Positions 7,851 to 16,421 are shown, numbered from the stretch's first letter. The stretch is DNA of 24,000 bases from Planctomycetaceae bacterium (GCA_011525745.1 WYBU01000034.1:1-24000), one strand, 5' to 3'. The notes: generated from the sequence alone by a model not told the origin. Made by a program: numbers and translations.

Positions 7851-9245
7851 CTAGCGGGCTGCGCCCGGCTTTTTCGCAGTCGAGCGATTGTCGCGGCTGC
7901 CTTTCGGCGTGGGGGCTGGTTTCTTTGCTTCGGGCACGCGCAGCTCGGTGCCGGTGATCAGCCGGTCGGCCGACTTGAGCCGGTCGCGGTTCATTTCGAA
8001 AAGCTCATCGTGGCGGCGGGCGTCACCCAGCACGCGGGCGGCAATGCTGGCCAGCGTCTCGCCCTTCTTGACGGTATAGGTGCGATACCGCGCCGGCGCT
8101 TTTTCTTGGTTCTTCGAATCGGGCCGATCGCTTGAGGTGGCGCTGCGGCCCGCGGAGCGAGTCGGCTCGTCGCTCTTCCTGTCGGCCGCAGCGCTGCGGT
8201 CGGGGCGATCGACCGGATTCGGAATGCGGGGCGCGCCGGGCTTTCGCTCGGGCGTGGTCGCGGCCGACGCATCGCCCGCGGCAGCGGCGGGCCTGGATCG
8301 GTCGAGTTGCGGGATGACCAGTTCCACGTCGCTGCGGACCGAATTCGGATCCTTGAGCACGTGCTTGTTGGCGTCGAACAGGGCGTTGACCATGCGCGGC
8401 GACTCGCTGCCGTAGTACTGCTTGGCGATCATGGTCAGGTTCTCGCCGCGCTTCACACGGTGCGTCTTCGCGGCCCCGCCATCACGAGGCGTGTTGTCGG
8501 CGCCCCGCGATCGATGGGCGGCGACATCGGCGGGTTTGCCGCCGACGGCGTCGGTAACGACGTTGTCTTTCGCGGCGCCGCCCACAGGAGGCTGGGGCCT
8601 GGCGGTTTCGTTGCCGGGGCGCGGCGGTGAGTTGCCGGCGGCCCGCCTCGCGGCGGCTTCGTTCAGGATGTCGGCCGGCGTCTTCGTCGCGCCCATCGCC
8701 AATGTGGCGGCCGGCGGCGAATCGGCTGCCGCAGGATCATTCGCCGCGAAAGCGCCCGGTGCAGCGGCGGCGGCCGCCGATGCGGCCGGGGAATCGACGC
8801 CTGTCGGCGGTCGCGTCGCGTCGTCGTGACCGGCGGCGCGCGACGCGTCCGCCAATTGCTCGTGGGGGGCGTTGCGTTCGACTGAGGTCGGAACGACGGG
8901 CAGGCCGGTCTCTCGCGGCTCGGCGTGCACCATCATGCGGTCGCTGATCAGCGACGTGTCGTCTTCTTCCGCTTGAGCGGCGGGCGGCGTCGGCTGGGGC
9001 GTCTGCGTGCCGACGGTGCGCGGCGCGGGCAGATTGCGCGTGACGTTGAGGCGACCGGCGCCGTTCGACGACGGATCGCCCTGCGCGCCGGCGGCCAGCG
9101 GCTCGTTGGGTTTGACGGACTCCGAAGCGCCGAACATCGCGGGCTGGTTCCGCTGGTTCGACGAGGCGGGTCCGAACATCACGACGGCGAAAAGAACGAT
9201 GAAGACAAACCCGATGAAAAGTCCCAGCCTGCTCTCAGTAGACAC
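7851..9245 (-). CDS. Bitopic membrane protein with a Pro/Ala-rich linker and two LysM peptidoglycan-binding domains
   Basis: 464 aa. GTG start at 9245 with GGGAGG 6 nt upstream. TM at aa 7-25. Low-complexity region to about aa 260. LysM repeats HRVKRGENLTMIAKQYYG...VELVIPQL (nt 8307-8462) and YTVKKGETLASIAARVLG...TELRVPE (nt 7935-8081). Confidence 0.85.
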   Translation of the reverse strand: MSTESRLGLFIGFVFIVLFAVVMFGPASSNQRNQPAMFGASESVKPNEPLAAGAQGDPSSNGAGRLNVTRNLPAPRTVGTQTPQPTPPAAQAEEDDTSLISDRMMVHAEPRETGLPVVPTSVERNAPHEQLADASRAAGHDDATRPPTGVDSPAASAAAAAAPGAFAANDPAAADSPPAATLAMGATKTPADILNEAAARRAAGNSPPRPGNETARPQPPVGGAAKDNVVTDAVGGKPADVAAHRSRGADNTPRDGGAAKTHRVKRGENLTMIAKQYYGSESPRMVNALFDANKHVLKDPNSVRSDVELVIPQLDRSRPAAAAGDASAATTPERKPGAPRIPNPVDRPDRSAAADRKSDEPTRSAGRSATSSDRPDSKNQEKAPARYRTYTVKKGETLASIAARVLGDARRHDELFEMNRDRLKSADRLITGTELRVPEAKKPAPTPKGSRDNRSTAKKPGAAR

Positions 9246-9470
9246 CCGAAACCTCCCTGTCGTCGGAACGAGTCAACATACGGCGCTGAATGTTATCCGG
9301 TCGTCGCGCGAATGCACGCGCTTTTCAAGTATCAGATTCAATTTCGCGAACGTCACTTGCGGGTCCGCCGCGCGGCGCCGCCTGATGCATGCCCGTACCG
9401 CGGTTCCGCGCTATGCGCGATGAGTCCCGATACGTCCGCACATCCACCATGATCGCGAGGCGGCCGGCGG

Positions 9471-10496
9471 TCAACGCGTTTCGGCCGACACTTCTGAAAG
9501 CGGGACGTCCGTCCGCTCCGCCACACGCAACTTGGCCGAGCGCGACCGCGGATTTGCGGACGCCTCCTCGTCGTCGGCCGTCACCGGCGAACGCGTCAAC
9601 AGCCGGTAAACGCCCAGCCTGGCGTTTCGCCGGAAGCTCTCTTTCACGCGGCGGTCCTCGCCGCTGTGAAAGCTGATGATCGCGATGCGTCCGCCGGGCC
9701 GCAGGGCCGCCGGCGCCGCGGCCAGCAGTTCGTCCAGGGCTTCGCCCTCGCGATTGACCGCCGCCCGGAGCGCGAGAAAGGTGCGAGTGGCCGGGTGCAG
9801 CCGGCCTCGCCGTCCGCCGACGGCACGCGTCACGATCGCCGCCAGTTGGGACGTGGTCGTGATGCGCGCGTCGCGCCGCGCGCGGCAGATGAGCTTCGAG
9901 ATTCTTCGGCTGAACGGTTCCTGACTCTCGAAGTAAAGTAGATCGGCGAGCTGCTTTTCGCCCAGCCGGTTGACCAGGTCGGCCGCGGTTGTTCGCAGCG
10001 TCCGATCCAGGCGCATGTCGAGCGGGCCGTCCAGCTCGAAACTGAGGCCGCGGCCGGGGTCGGCGACCTGATTGCTGCTGAAGCCCAGGTCCGCGAGGAT
10101 TGCGTCCGCCGGTTCGATGCCGTGCCGCGACAGGATGTCGCCGAGGTCGCGAAAGTTGCCACATACGGCGTCGACGCGGTCGCGATAAGCGTCCAGGTTA
10201 CTGATGGCCGCGGCCAGGTTTTCTTCGTCGACATCGAGGGCCAGCAGGCGTACTACGGCGGGCGCCCGCTCGAACAAGGCGCGGGCGTGGCCGCCCAGGC
10301 CGATCGTGCAGTCGATCCAGCGGCGTTCGATGACCGGCGTCAGCCAGGTCTCGACGTCGCGGACCAGCACGGGCCAATGACCGCCGGTCGGCTGGTTCAC
10401 GGGAGCGCCCCCGGGGGGCAAGAAAAGCCCGACCTGTCCACCCTCCGTGACGGAACAGGTCGGCCCAACACAAGGGTTGGAATCACCAATCGACAA
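9471..10496 (-). CDS. rsmH: 16S rRNA (cytosine1402-N4)-methyltransferase RsmH (MraW)
   Basis: Motifs HWPVLV..., IDCTIGLGGHARAL and DLGFSSNQVADPGRGLSFELDGPLDMRLD. Follows mraZ. The start is uncertain: TTG at 10496, or in-frame GTG at 10400. Confidence 0.9.
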   Translation of the reverse strand: MSIGDSNPCVGPTCSVTEGGQVGLFLPPGGAPVNQPTGGHWPVLVRDVETWLTPVIERRWIDCTIGLGGHARALFERAPAVVRLLALDVDEENLAAAISNLDAYRDRVDAVCGNFRDLGDILSRHGIEPADAILADLGFSSNQVADPGRGLSFELDGPLDMRLDRTLRTTAADLVNRLGEKQLADLLYFESQEPFSRRISKLICRARRDARITTTSQLAAIVTRAVGGRRGRLHPATRTFLALRAAVNREGEALDELLAAAPAALRPGGRIAIISFHSGEDRRVKESFRRNARLGVYRLLTRSPVTADDEEASANPRSRSAKLRVAERTDVPLSEVSAETR

Positions 10497-10720
10497 GCGC
10501 GAATCGTATGAAGACGATGCTTAGCGGCCTCTCCGAGGCCGATCGGGTTCCACCCTGCGGCTGCTCCGGGACCTCCGCCCGAATCGCACTGTGTCGAACG
10601 ATCGAGAGTACTTCCGCCCGCCGGCCGGGATGGGAGCCGGGGAGGCCCGCGCGAACGAACCTCCCCGGAATCCCGGACTCAAACACGTCCTCATCACGCA
10701 TGCCCAAACGCAACGCGTGA

Positions 10721-11230
10721 TCAGGTTTCTACCGGGCCGTTGCCGCCGCCGGCTTCGCGCCCGGGTTGCCGCCATCTGGATTTCGCCGCCTGTCGAGCCT
10801 TGCGCACGGTGTCCGGGTAATCACGCCATTTTTCGTCGCTCTGCGTGGCGAACGCCTCGCGGTCGTGGATCGTCAAGTGATCTCGCGAACCGGCGATCGT
10901 CACTTCCCGTCCCAAGTTCGCGCGACGAACGTGACCGGCCGGAAGGACGATTCGACCGGCCGAATCGACTTCGGCGCGCTCGGCGAAGGCCATCAGCGTG
11001 TCCTCAAACTCCTGCACTTCTTCCGGCGCGAACCAGCCGCCTTCGATGGCGCGAGACATTTCCTTGAAGCAGCTCGCCGGGTATAGTCGTAACGAGCGAG
11101 CGGCGTTTCCCGGTACGACGAACCAGAGGTTGCCCTCGGGAGCGTCCTTCAGTTGGTTTCGATGCACGGCCGGAATGCTGACCCGGTTCTTGTCGTCGAT
11201 CGTGTGCTCAGAGGTTCCGGTAAAGAACAT
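10721..11230 (-). CDS. mraZ: Transcriptional regulator MraZ
   Basis: 169 aa, ATG confirmed. Duplicated MraZ half-sites: MFFTGTSEHTIDDKNRVSIPAVHR and EVDSAGRIVLPAGHVR. First gene of the dcw cluster. Confidence 0.9.
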   Translation of the reverse strand: MFFTGTSEHTIDDKNRVSIPAVHRNQLKDAPEGNLWFVVPGNAARSLRLYPASCFKEMSRAIEGGWFAPEEVQEFEDTLMAFAERAEVDSAGRIVLPAGHVRRANLGREVTIAGSRDHLTIHDREAFATQSDEKWRDYPDTVRKARQAAKSRWRQPGREAGGGNGPVET

Positions 11231-11291
11231 GACATCCGGCGATCATGGATAGCTTCAGTGCTTTCTGCCACGCCTTGGCTCTGTATGGGAA

Positions 11292-11320
11292 AGCATACCA
11301 CTTTATGACACAAGGTGCAA
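11292..11320 (-). promoter_or_regulatory. Candidate sigma-70 promoter for mraZ (dcw promoter)
   Basis: The minus strand reads TTGCAC (11320-11315), a 17-nt spacer, then TGG-TATGCT (extended -10 type, -10 at 11297-11292). It lies about 62 nt upstream of the mraZ ATG in an AT-rich spacer. Confidence 0.35.
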
Positions 11321-11428
11321 GACTGAATCCGCCGAAAATATGCGAATATTTTTCGGCAATCTCGCGCTGAATTCACAAGCTTTTGTCAAATGGAAAGCTA
11401 GCGTCGGATTGGACGCACAAGAATTTTC

Positions 11429-12553
11429 TTAGCGACGCGAATCGCGCAGAACTCGCTGATACACCCTATCCAGCATGGCCAGAACCGAATCGGGCGACTC
11501 GCATTGCTCGACGTGGGAACGGGCGACAGACGCATACCGCCGGCGGAGCGCGGGATTTGCGCATGCTGCTTCCAAGGATGTAACGAATCCGGCAATATCG
11601 GTGGGCGACACCAGCCAGCCGGATCGTCCCGGCTCAATCAAATCGACGCAACCTCCGACGGCAGATGAAATAACGGCGCATCCGGCGGCCATCGCTTCAA
11701 GGACTATATTTGGATTTCCTTCGGTACCGGAGGTCAACAGTAACGCGTCGGCGGCTTTCAGCCAGGCGATGACCTGATCGGTCCAACCGATCATTCGGAC
11801 CCGATTGACCGCGTGATCCGGTGCGCCGCCGCCCGCTTCCAACAGCAGTCCCCGGCCGCGCAACGCCATCTCAAGCGGTCCTCGAGTGGGACCGTCTCCC
11901 ACCAGTACCCCGCACAGGTTCATTTGGCTGCGTACCCGAACGAAGACTTCGATCCATGTATCCAGGCGCTTGATCGGATCCATCCGACCGCACCAGATGA
12001 CGAGCGGCACGTGATCCGGCAGGTTCCAGGCTTTCCGGTCGATCGGGGGCGTGGCGTCGACGTGCGCCAGGTCAATGCCGCTGGGAACGACGACGACGCG
12101 GTTGACCGGGAAATGAAGGTCGTTCACGACGTGTCGTGCGACGGCGTGAGAGTTAACGACGTGCAGTTGGGACATTCTGCCCGTCAATGTCTCGACGCGG
12201 CGGTGCCAGATGCGCTCGATTTCGACGGTGGCCGTGCCGGTGATGACCGGCCGTCCCAGCGCTCGGCCGACCAGGCGGGCGGCGACGTTGGCGTGAAACA
12301 GGAAGGCGTGGACGAGGTCCGGTCGTCTTCGCATGATCTGTACGGTCAGGCGCGGGAAGACACGCAGATCGAAGGGACCTGCAGCGTCGCAGTGGAAGTT
12401 CTCGATGCCGCATCGATCAAGCTCGTCGTTCAACGGGCCGCGCGGCGCCAGGCAGCCGACGATGGGCGTCACACCGATGCGAGGCAGCCACGATGCCCAA
12501 CGAACGACGCGCATTGGCGTGCCGCCGCGTTGCAGGTCCGTCACCAGCAGCAT
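11429..12553 (-). CDS. Glycosyltransferase, GT-B fold, family 4-like
   Basis: ATG at 12553 (MLLVTDLQRGG...), 374 aa. EX7E motif EGNPNIVLE in ...LLLTSGTEGNPNIVLEAMAAGCAVISS. Starts 8 nt after the stop of the upstream PCP-like gene, suggesting an operon. The 659-aa ORF-track version is an out-of-context Arg-rich extension. Confidence 0.85.
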   Translation of the reverse strand: MLLVTDLQRGGTPMRVVRWASWLPRIGVTPIVGCLAPRGPLNDELDRCGIENFHCDAAGPFDLRVFPRLTVQIMRRRPDLVHAFLFHANVAARLVGRALGRPVITGTATVEIERIWHRRVETLTGRMSQLHVVNSHAVARHVVNDLHFPVNRVVVVPSGIDLAHVDATPPIDRKAWNLPDHVPLVIWCGRMDPIKRLDTWIEVFVRVRSQMNLCGVLVGDGPTRGPLEMALRGRGLLLEAGGGAPDHAVNRVRMIGWTDQVIAWLKAADALLLTSGTEGNPNIVLEAMAAGCAVISSAVGGCVDLIEPGRSGWLVSPTDIAGFVTSLEAACANPALRRRYASVARSHVEQCESPDSVLAMLDRVYQRVLRDSRR

Positions 12554-12561
12554 TGCGCGGG

Positions 12562-14970
12562 TCACGCGGCGGATTTCCGTGCGGTTCGCCGTCGATCGAC
12601 GGCCGGGGCGATCCAGAGTCCGATGACGCACAGGGCGGCGGCAGCCCCGCCGCCCTGAAGGGCGCGCCACGCACGAAGCGTGAACGGCGGTCCGTCGATG
12701 TACGTGGGCGAACACGCGACGGAAGCGAACATCGCGCGGTCCGGCCGTCCGCCCTCGGCGATGCGCCGGTCGATGGCGGCTATTTCGCCGGCGATGCGCT
12801 GCGATTCTTCGCGACGCAGGCGCAATTCCTCTCTCTGGGCGTCGAGCCGCTTGATGCGGCTCATGAGGTCGTTGACTTGTTCCTGCACGACGGACCAGGC
12901 GTCGGCGGCTTCTTCGCGGCGGCGAACGGCCAGTTCCAGCGCATTGCGAGCGGCGGCCAGTCGGGCGCCGCGCGTGGCCCGCCATTCGGCGCGCATTTCG
13001 TCGGCGACGATGAGGGCGATGTCGGCGGTTCGATCGGTCACGCGGGCGGACAGCGTGCGAATAGTCGACGCCAGCGAATCGAGTGCGGCGTTGACGGCGC
13101 CATCCGCGTTTGCCGCGGCCTGGGCGACTTCGCGCCAGCTTGTGTGCAGCGGGTTGATCACCTGATTGAGGGCGGCTTGCAGAACCATGCGGCGCGTCAG
13201 GTCTTCGACGCCGCCGCCGGCGATGGCCTCGCATTCGCCTTGAAGGGCGGCAAGCCGTTCGGCGGCGGCGGACGAGGCAGCGCCGAGCAACTGCACGAGG
13301 CGCTGTTGCTGTCGAATCAGTGTCGCGGCACGGTCGGGGCCGCGCGCGGCGGACACGCTCGCCCAGGCCGCCTGCCAGTCGGATGCGAATCGCTCGACCG
13401 ATGCGCAATGAGCCGCCAGCGTTCGGCGGATGCGGTCGAGGCGCGCCGCGGCGTCGGACTCGTCGGCTTTGCGAAGCAGCTCTTCGGTCTTGCGGTCGGC
13501 CGTTTCGATGCGCGCGACGTGGTTGGCGGCCAGCGGCGCCACGCGCGCGACGACGCGATCGAGTTCCGCGGCGGCCTGATCGGTCTCGTGGGCGAGCTGC
13601 TCGATATCGGTCTGAAGCAAGCCGTCGGCTTGGCGCGCCGCTTCGAGGCGGGCCGCATCCATGACGCGCACGGCGTCCTCTTCGGTTTGCAGATTGAGCG
13701 ATTCCAATTCACGGGCGGCCAGGCGGGCCTCGGCCTGACGGCGGCGGAACAATCCGGCGGCGTCTTCCTGAGTTGCGATCAGGCGGCGCAACTCAGCGTC
13801 CGATGCGTCGGCATCGAGTTCAGCCTGTGCCTCTCGGACGGCCTTGTCCAGCTTTTCGGCCGCGGAGGCCAGTTCGTCGCGACGCGCGCGCATGGCGTCC
13901 AGTTCTTCGGGGGACGGTCCGCGGGCCAGTTCCGTGCATCGGACCAGGAAGGCCTCGGCCCAGGCCGTGGCCAGCCGGCCGGCGGCGTCGGTTTCCGACG
14001 ATTCGACCGGCACGATCAGGCGCAGCGTGCGGTCGTTGCGATCGACTTCGGATTTCACCTCGCCCGCCGCGACGCGCGAGAACAATGCGCCGGCCGTCGT
14101 GCCGGTGCGGTGCGCGGCATCGGCGACGACGGACGGGTCCCAAAGGCCGGCTTCCAGCACAAGCAGGGACTCGTCGCCCCGCGCCTTGTCGAGGGCGGCG
14201 TGGATTTCAACGGTCGCCCATCGCGCTGTCGGCCAGAGCAAGCCGATCGCCGACGCGAGCAGCGCGATCAGCAGGCAGCCGCCGACGATGCGATGTGTCG
14301 GGACGAATCGCGACGGCATTGCCGTTGTATCTGACAACGAATATCGTGTTTCCTGCAAGGGGGTGGCTCCGCGCGCGGCGGCTTGCCGCACGATTGCGCG
14401 CGGCGCACCACGGGTTCCCATGATATCGCGGAGCGACCGGCCATATGTCCCGGCAGGCTCGATCGCGTTCGGGCCGAACGGCGGCGCGTCACGAGGCGAC
14501 GCGGCGCCCGGCGGCGGCTCGGCGACGTCGAGGCCGGCCAGCAGCCGCTCCAGCGCCGGCGCTTCGCCGCCGGGCGCGACGGCGCGCCAGACGGCTTCGA
14601 GTCGGCGCGCGACTTCGCGGATGGCCGCTTTCTGCTGATCGAGCCGTTGCTGGCGCTGTGCCAGCGAATCTCCGGCGTGCTGCCGCCATGCCAGTAGCTG
14701 TTCGCGATATTCGACCAACTGCTGATGCTGGGCGACCAGTTCGTTCCAGGCCGCGGCGCAGCGATTGAGCGATTCTTCGAGCCGTGCGCGGGATTCCTGA
14801 TCGTTCTGCCGGCGCTCGAGCCATTCGAGGTCGGCGAGGAGACGCTCGTCGACGATGGGGGAGTCGTCGCATTCGGTTTCGTCGCCAGCCCAGCGCAGGA
14901 CCGGCGTCGGCCGCAGATCGTCGGGCAGGCGAGCGGCGATCAGGTCGTCGATTTTGGAACGCGGCGTCAA
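12562..14970 (-). CDS. Polysaccharide co-polymerase (Wzz/GumC-like chain-length determinant) with a long N-terminal cytoplasmic coiled-coil extension
   Basis: 802 aa with a TTG start at 14970. Two TM helices (aa ~227-246 IVGGCLLIALLASAIGLLW; C-terminal AAAALCVIGLWIAPAV) flank a ~520-aa coiled-coil region. The membrane-proximal segment ...LRLIVPVESSETDAAGRLATAWAEAFLV resembles the Wzz-domain signature. No kinase domain. An internal start at M218 would give the classical PCP length. Confidence 0.65.
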   Translation of the reverse strand: MTPRSKIDDLIAARLPDDLRPTPVLRWAGDETECDDSPIVDERLLADLEWLERRQNDQESRARLEESLNRCAAAWNELVAQHQQLVEYREQLLAWRQHAGDSLAQRQQRLDQQKAAIREVARRLEAVWRAVAPGGEAPALERLLAGLDVAEPPPGAASPRDAPPFGPNAIEPAGTYGRSLRDIMGTRGAPRAIVRQAAARGATPLQETRYSLSDTTAMPSRFVPTHRIVGGCLLIALLASAIGLLWPTARWATVEIHAALDKARGDESLLVLEAGLWDPSVVADAAHRTGTTAGALFSRVAAGEVKSEVDRNDRTLRLIVPVESSETDAAGRLATAWAEAFLVRCTELARGPSPEELDAMRARRDELASAAEKLDKAVREAQAELDADASDAELRRLIATQEDAAGLFRRRQAEARLAARELESLNLQTEEDAVRVMDAARLEAARQADGLLQTDIEQLAHETDQAAAELDRVVARVAPLAANHVARIETADRKTEELLRKADESDAAARLDRIRRTLAAHCASVERFASDWQAAWASVSAARGPDRAATLIRQQQRLVQLLGAASSAAAERLAALQGECEAIAGGGVEDLTRRMVLQAALNQVINPLHTSWREVAQAAANADGAVNAALDSLASTIRTLSARVTDRTADIALIVADEMRAEWRATRGARLAAARNALELAVRRREEAADAWSVVQEQVNDLMSRIKRLDAQREELRLRREESQRIAGEIAAIDRRIAEGGRPDRAMFASVACSPTYIDGPPFTLRAWRALQGGGAAAALCVIGLWIAPAVDRRRTARKSAA

Positions 14971-15150
14971 GGGTGGTGCACCGTTGAAAATGTCGGATGG
15001 TCAGCCGGGCCGGCTTCATGATAATCCCATCGCCTTGCGACAGGACACGCCGATGCGGGCCAACCGCAGCGCCGGCGCTTGCGACTCGGATCGACGAGGC
15101 CGGCGCTTCGTGGAGAACCGGCCGGCCCGCCCTGGTTCCTGAACGGGCCG

Positions 15151-16110
15151 TCAATAAAGACGCGATCGTTTTTCGTCCAGCGTCGCCAGCGCCCGGCGGA
15201 TCGCTTCGTGCTCGGATTCGGCCAGCGACCAGTCGACTGCGCCGACGAGTTCGCGAATCTGCGACGCGCGCTTCGCCCCGCAACAGACGCCCGTGATGCC
15301 CGGCTGGGCCAACAGCCACGCGACAGCCAACTGCGCCACGGGCCGTTCTCGCCGCGCCGCCAGCGCCTTGAATGCTTCCACCGCTTCGAGATTGATCGCA
15401 AACCGCGGCGGGTTGAAGCGTTTGTCGCGGGCGCGGACGTCGCTGAAGCGGCTGCTCGCGTCGTATCGCCCACCGAGCATGCCCCGGCAGAGCGGCCCGC
15501 AGGCCAGCACCGCCGCGCCGTGCTCGGCGGCAAACGGCACGAGGTCGTGAAGGGGTTCGCGCTCGAGGAGGTTCAGTTGCGGACAAATGGCATGCAGCGG
15601 GGCGAGATCAATCCAGCCCAGGAGTTGGTCGCAACTGAACGCCGCCGCGCCGATCGCGCGGACCTTTCCCTGGTCCCGTAGCTCCGACAGCGTGCCGAGC
15701 GTGTCCGCGAGCGGCGTTTCGGGATCGGGATGCTGGCAGATGAGCAGGTCGATGTGCTCGGTGCGCAGTCGCCGCAGGCTGGCGACGATTTCGCGGCGGA
15801 TGCTCTCCGGCCGCAGGCTGCGTCCGCTGGCAGGCGCGTCGTGGAGTGGAGTGCCGCACCGCGACACAAGGTGAATCTGGTCGCGGCGTCCCTGGATCGC
15901 CTTACCGACGATTTGTTCGGCATGGCCGCCGCCGTGGGCGGGCGCGACGTCGAGCCAGTTGACGCCCAGGTCGAGCGCGGCGTGGATGGCGCCGATCGAC
16001 TCGTTGTCGTCGACGGCGCCCCATAGGCGCGGATCACGTCCCATGGCGGCGCAGCCGAGGCCGATCGCCGAGAAAGAAAGTCCGCTGTCGCCGATGGGTC
16101 GCGTGATCAT
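15151..16110 (-). CDS. Aldo/keto reductase family oxidoreductase
   Basis: 319 aa, ATG confirmed. MITRPIGDSGLSFSAIGLGCAAMG..., LDVAPAHGGGHAEQIVGKAI, and the overall AKR length and pattern. Confidence 0.88.
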   Translation of the reverse strand: MITRPIGDSGLSFSAIGLGCAAMGRDPRLWGAVDDNESIGAIHAALDLGVNWLDVAPAHGGGHAEQIVGKAIQGRRDQIHLVSRCGTPLHDAPASGRSLRPESIRREIVASLRRLRTEHIDLLICQHPDPETPLADTLGTLSELRDQGKVRAIGAAAFSCDQLLGWIDLAPLHAICPQLNLLEREPLHDLVPFAAEHGAAVLACGPLCRGMLGGRYDASSRFSDVRARDKRFNPPRFAINLEAVEAFKALAARRERPVAQLAVAWLLAQPGITGVCCGAKRASQIRELVGAVDWSLAESEHEAIRRALATLDEKRSRLY

Positions 16111-16226
16111 CTCGCCAAAGTCCGTGGTGCGGCCTGCGTTGAGCGGCGGCGTTCAGCAACTGGGGGCGCGCGGCGGGGACGCTGTGCACACTCAGTGAAA
16201 GCTGCTCGCAGGGCGATCCACATTGC

Positions 16227-16283
16227 CAAGCCCTCGCGGGGTGCGAATCGGAGCAAGCGGGCGGTCGATCGCGCGAGGGCTTG
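16227..16283. repeat. Long hairpin, repeat family 4 (CAAGCCCTCGCG ... CGCGAGGGCTTG)
   Basis: Perfect 12-bp stem (16227-16238 with 16272-16283) and a 33-nt loop. Followed by the 12-bp palindrome GCTTGATCAAGC (16279-16290). Related copies at 18451-18515 and 22879-22900. Confidence 0.8.
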
Positions 16284-16325
16284 ATCAAGCCGCCCCGGCA
16301 TCACGACAGCGCTGGCTGTTTGAAA

Positions 16326-16389
16326 GCCGGCCCTGCGGGCCGGTCCCCCCGCTTGCGCGGGGGTTCTGATCGAGTTTCGACTTCGAACC
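16326..16389 (+). repeat. 64-nt double-hairpin repeat, family 3, copy 1
   Basis: Aligns with 21129-21192 in the same orientation, about 75-80% identity by eye. Hairpins CCGGCCC-TGC-GGGCCGG (16327-16343) and CCCCCGC-TTGC-GCGGGGG (16346-16363). Common 3' end GACTTCGAACC. Confidence 0.8.
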
Positions 16390-16421
16390 AGCGCTTTCGT
16401 GGCATTGCTCGTATCGCAATG

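Noticed and set aside
12554-13408. N-terminal 285-aa extension of the glycosyltransferase ORF (ORF-track 11429..13408).
   Set aside because: The extension is Arg-rich nonsense that overlaps the well-formed PCP-like gene in another frame. A clean ATG at 12553 starts the GT domain 8 nt after the upstream stop.
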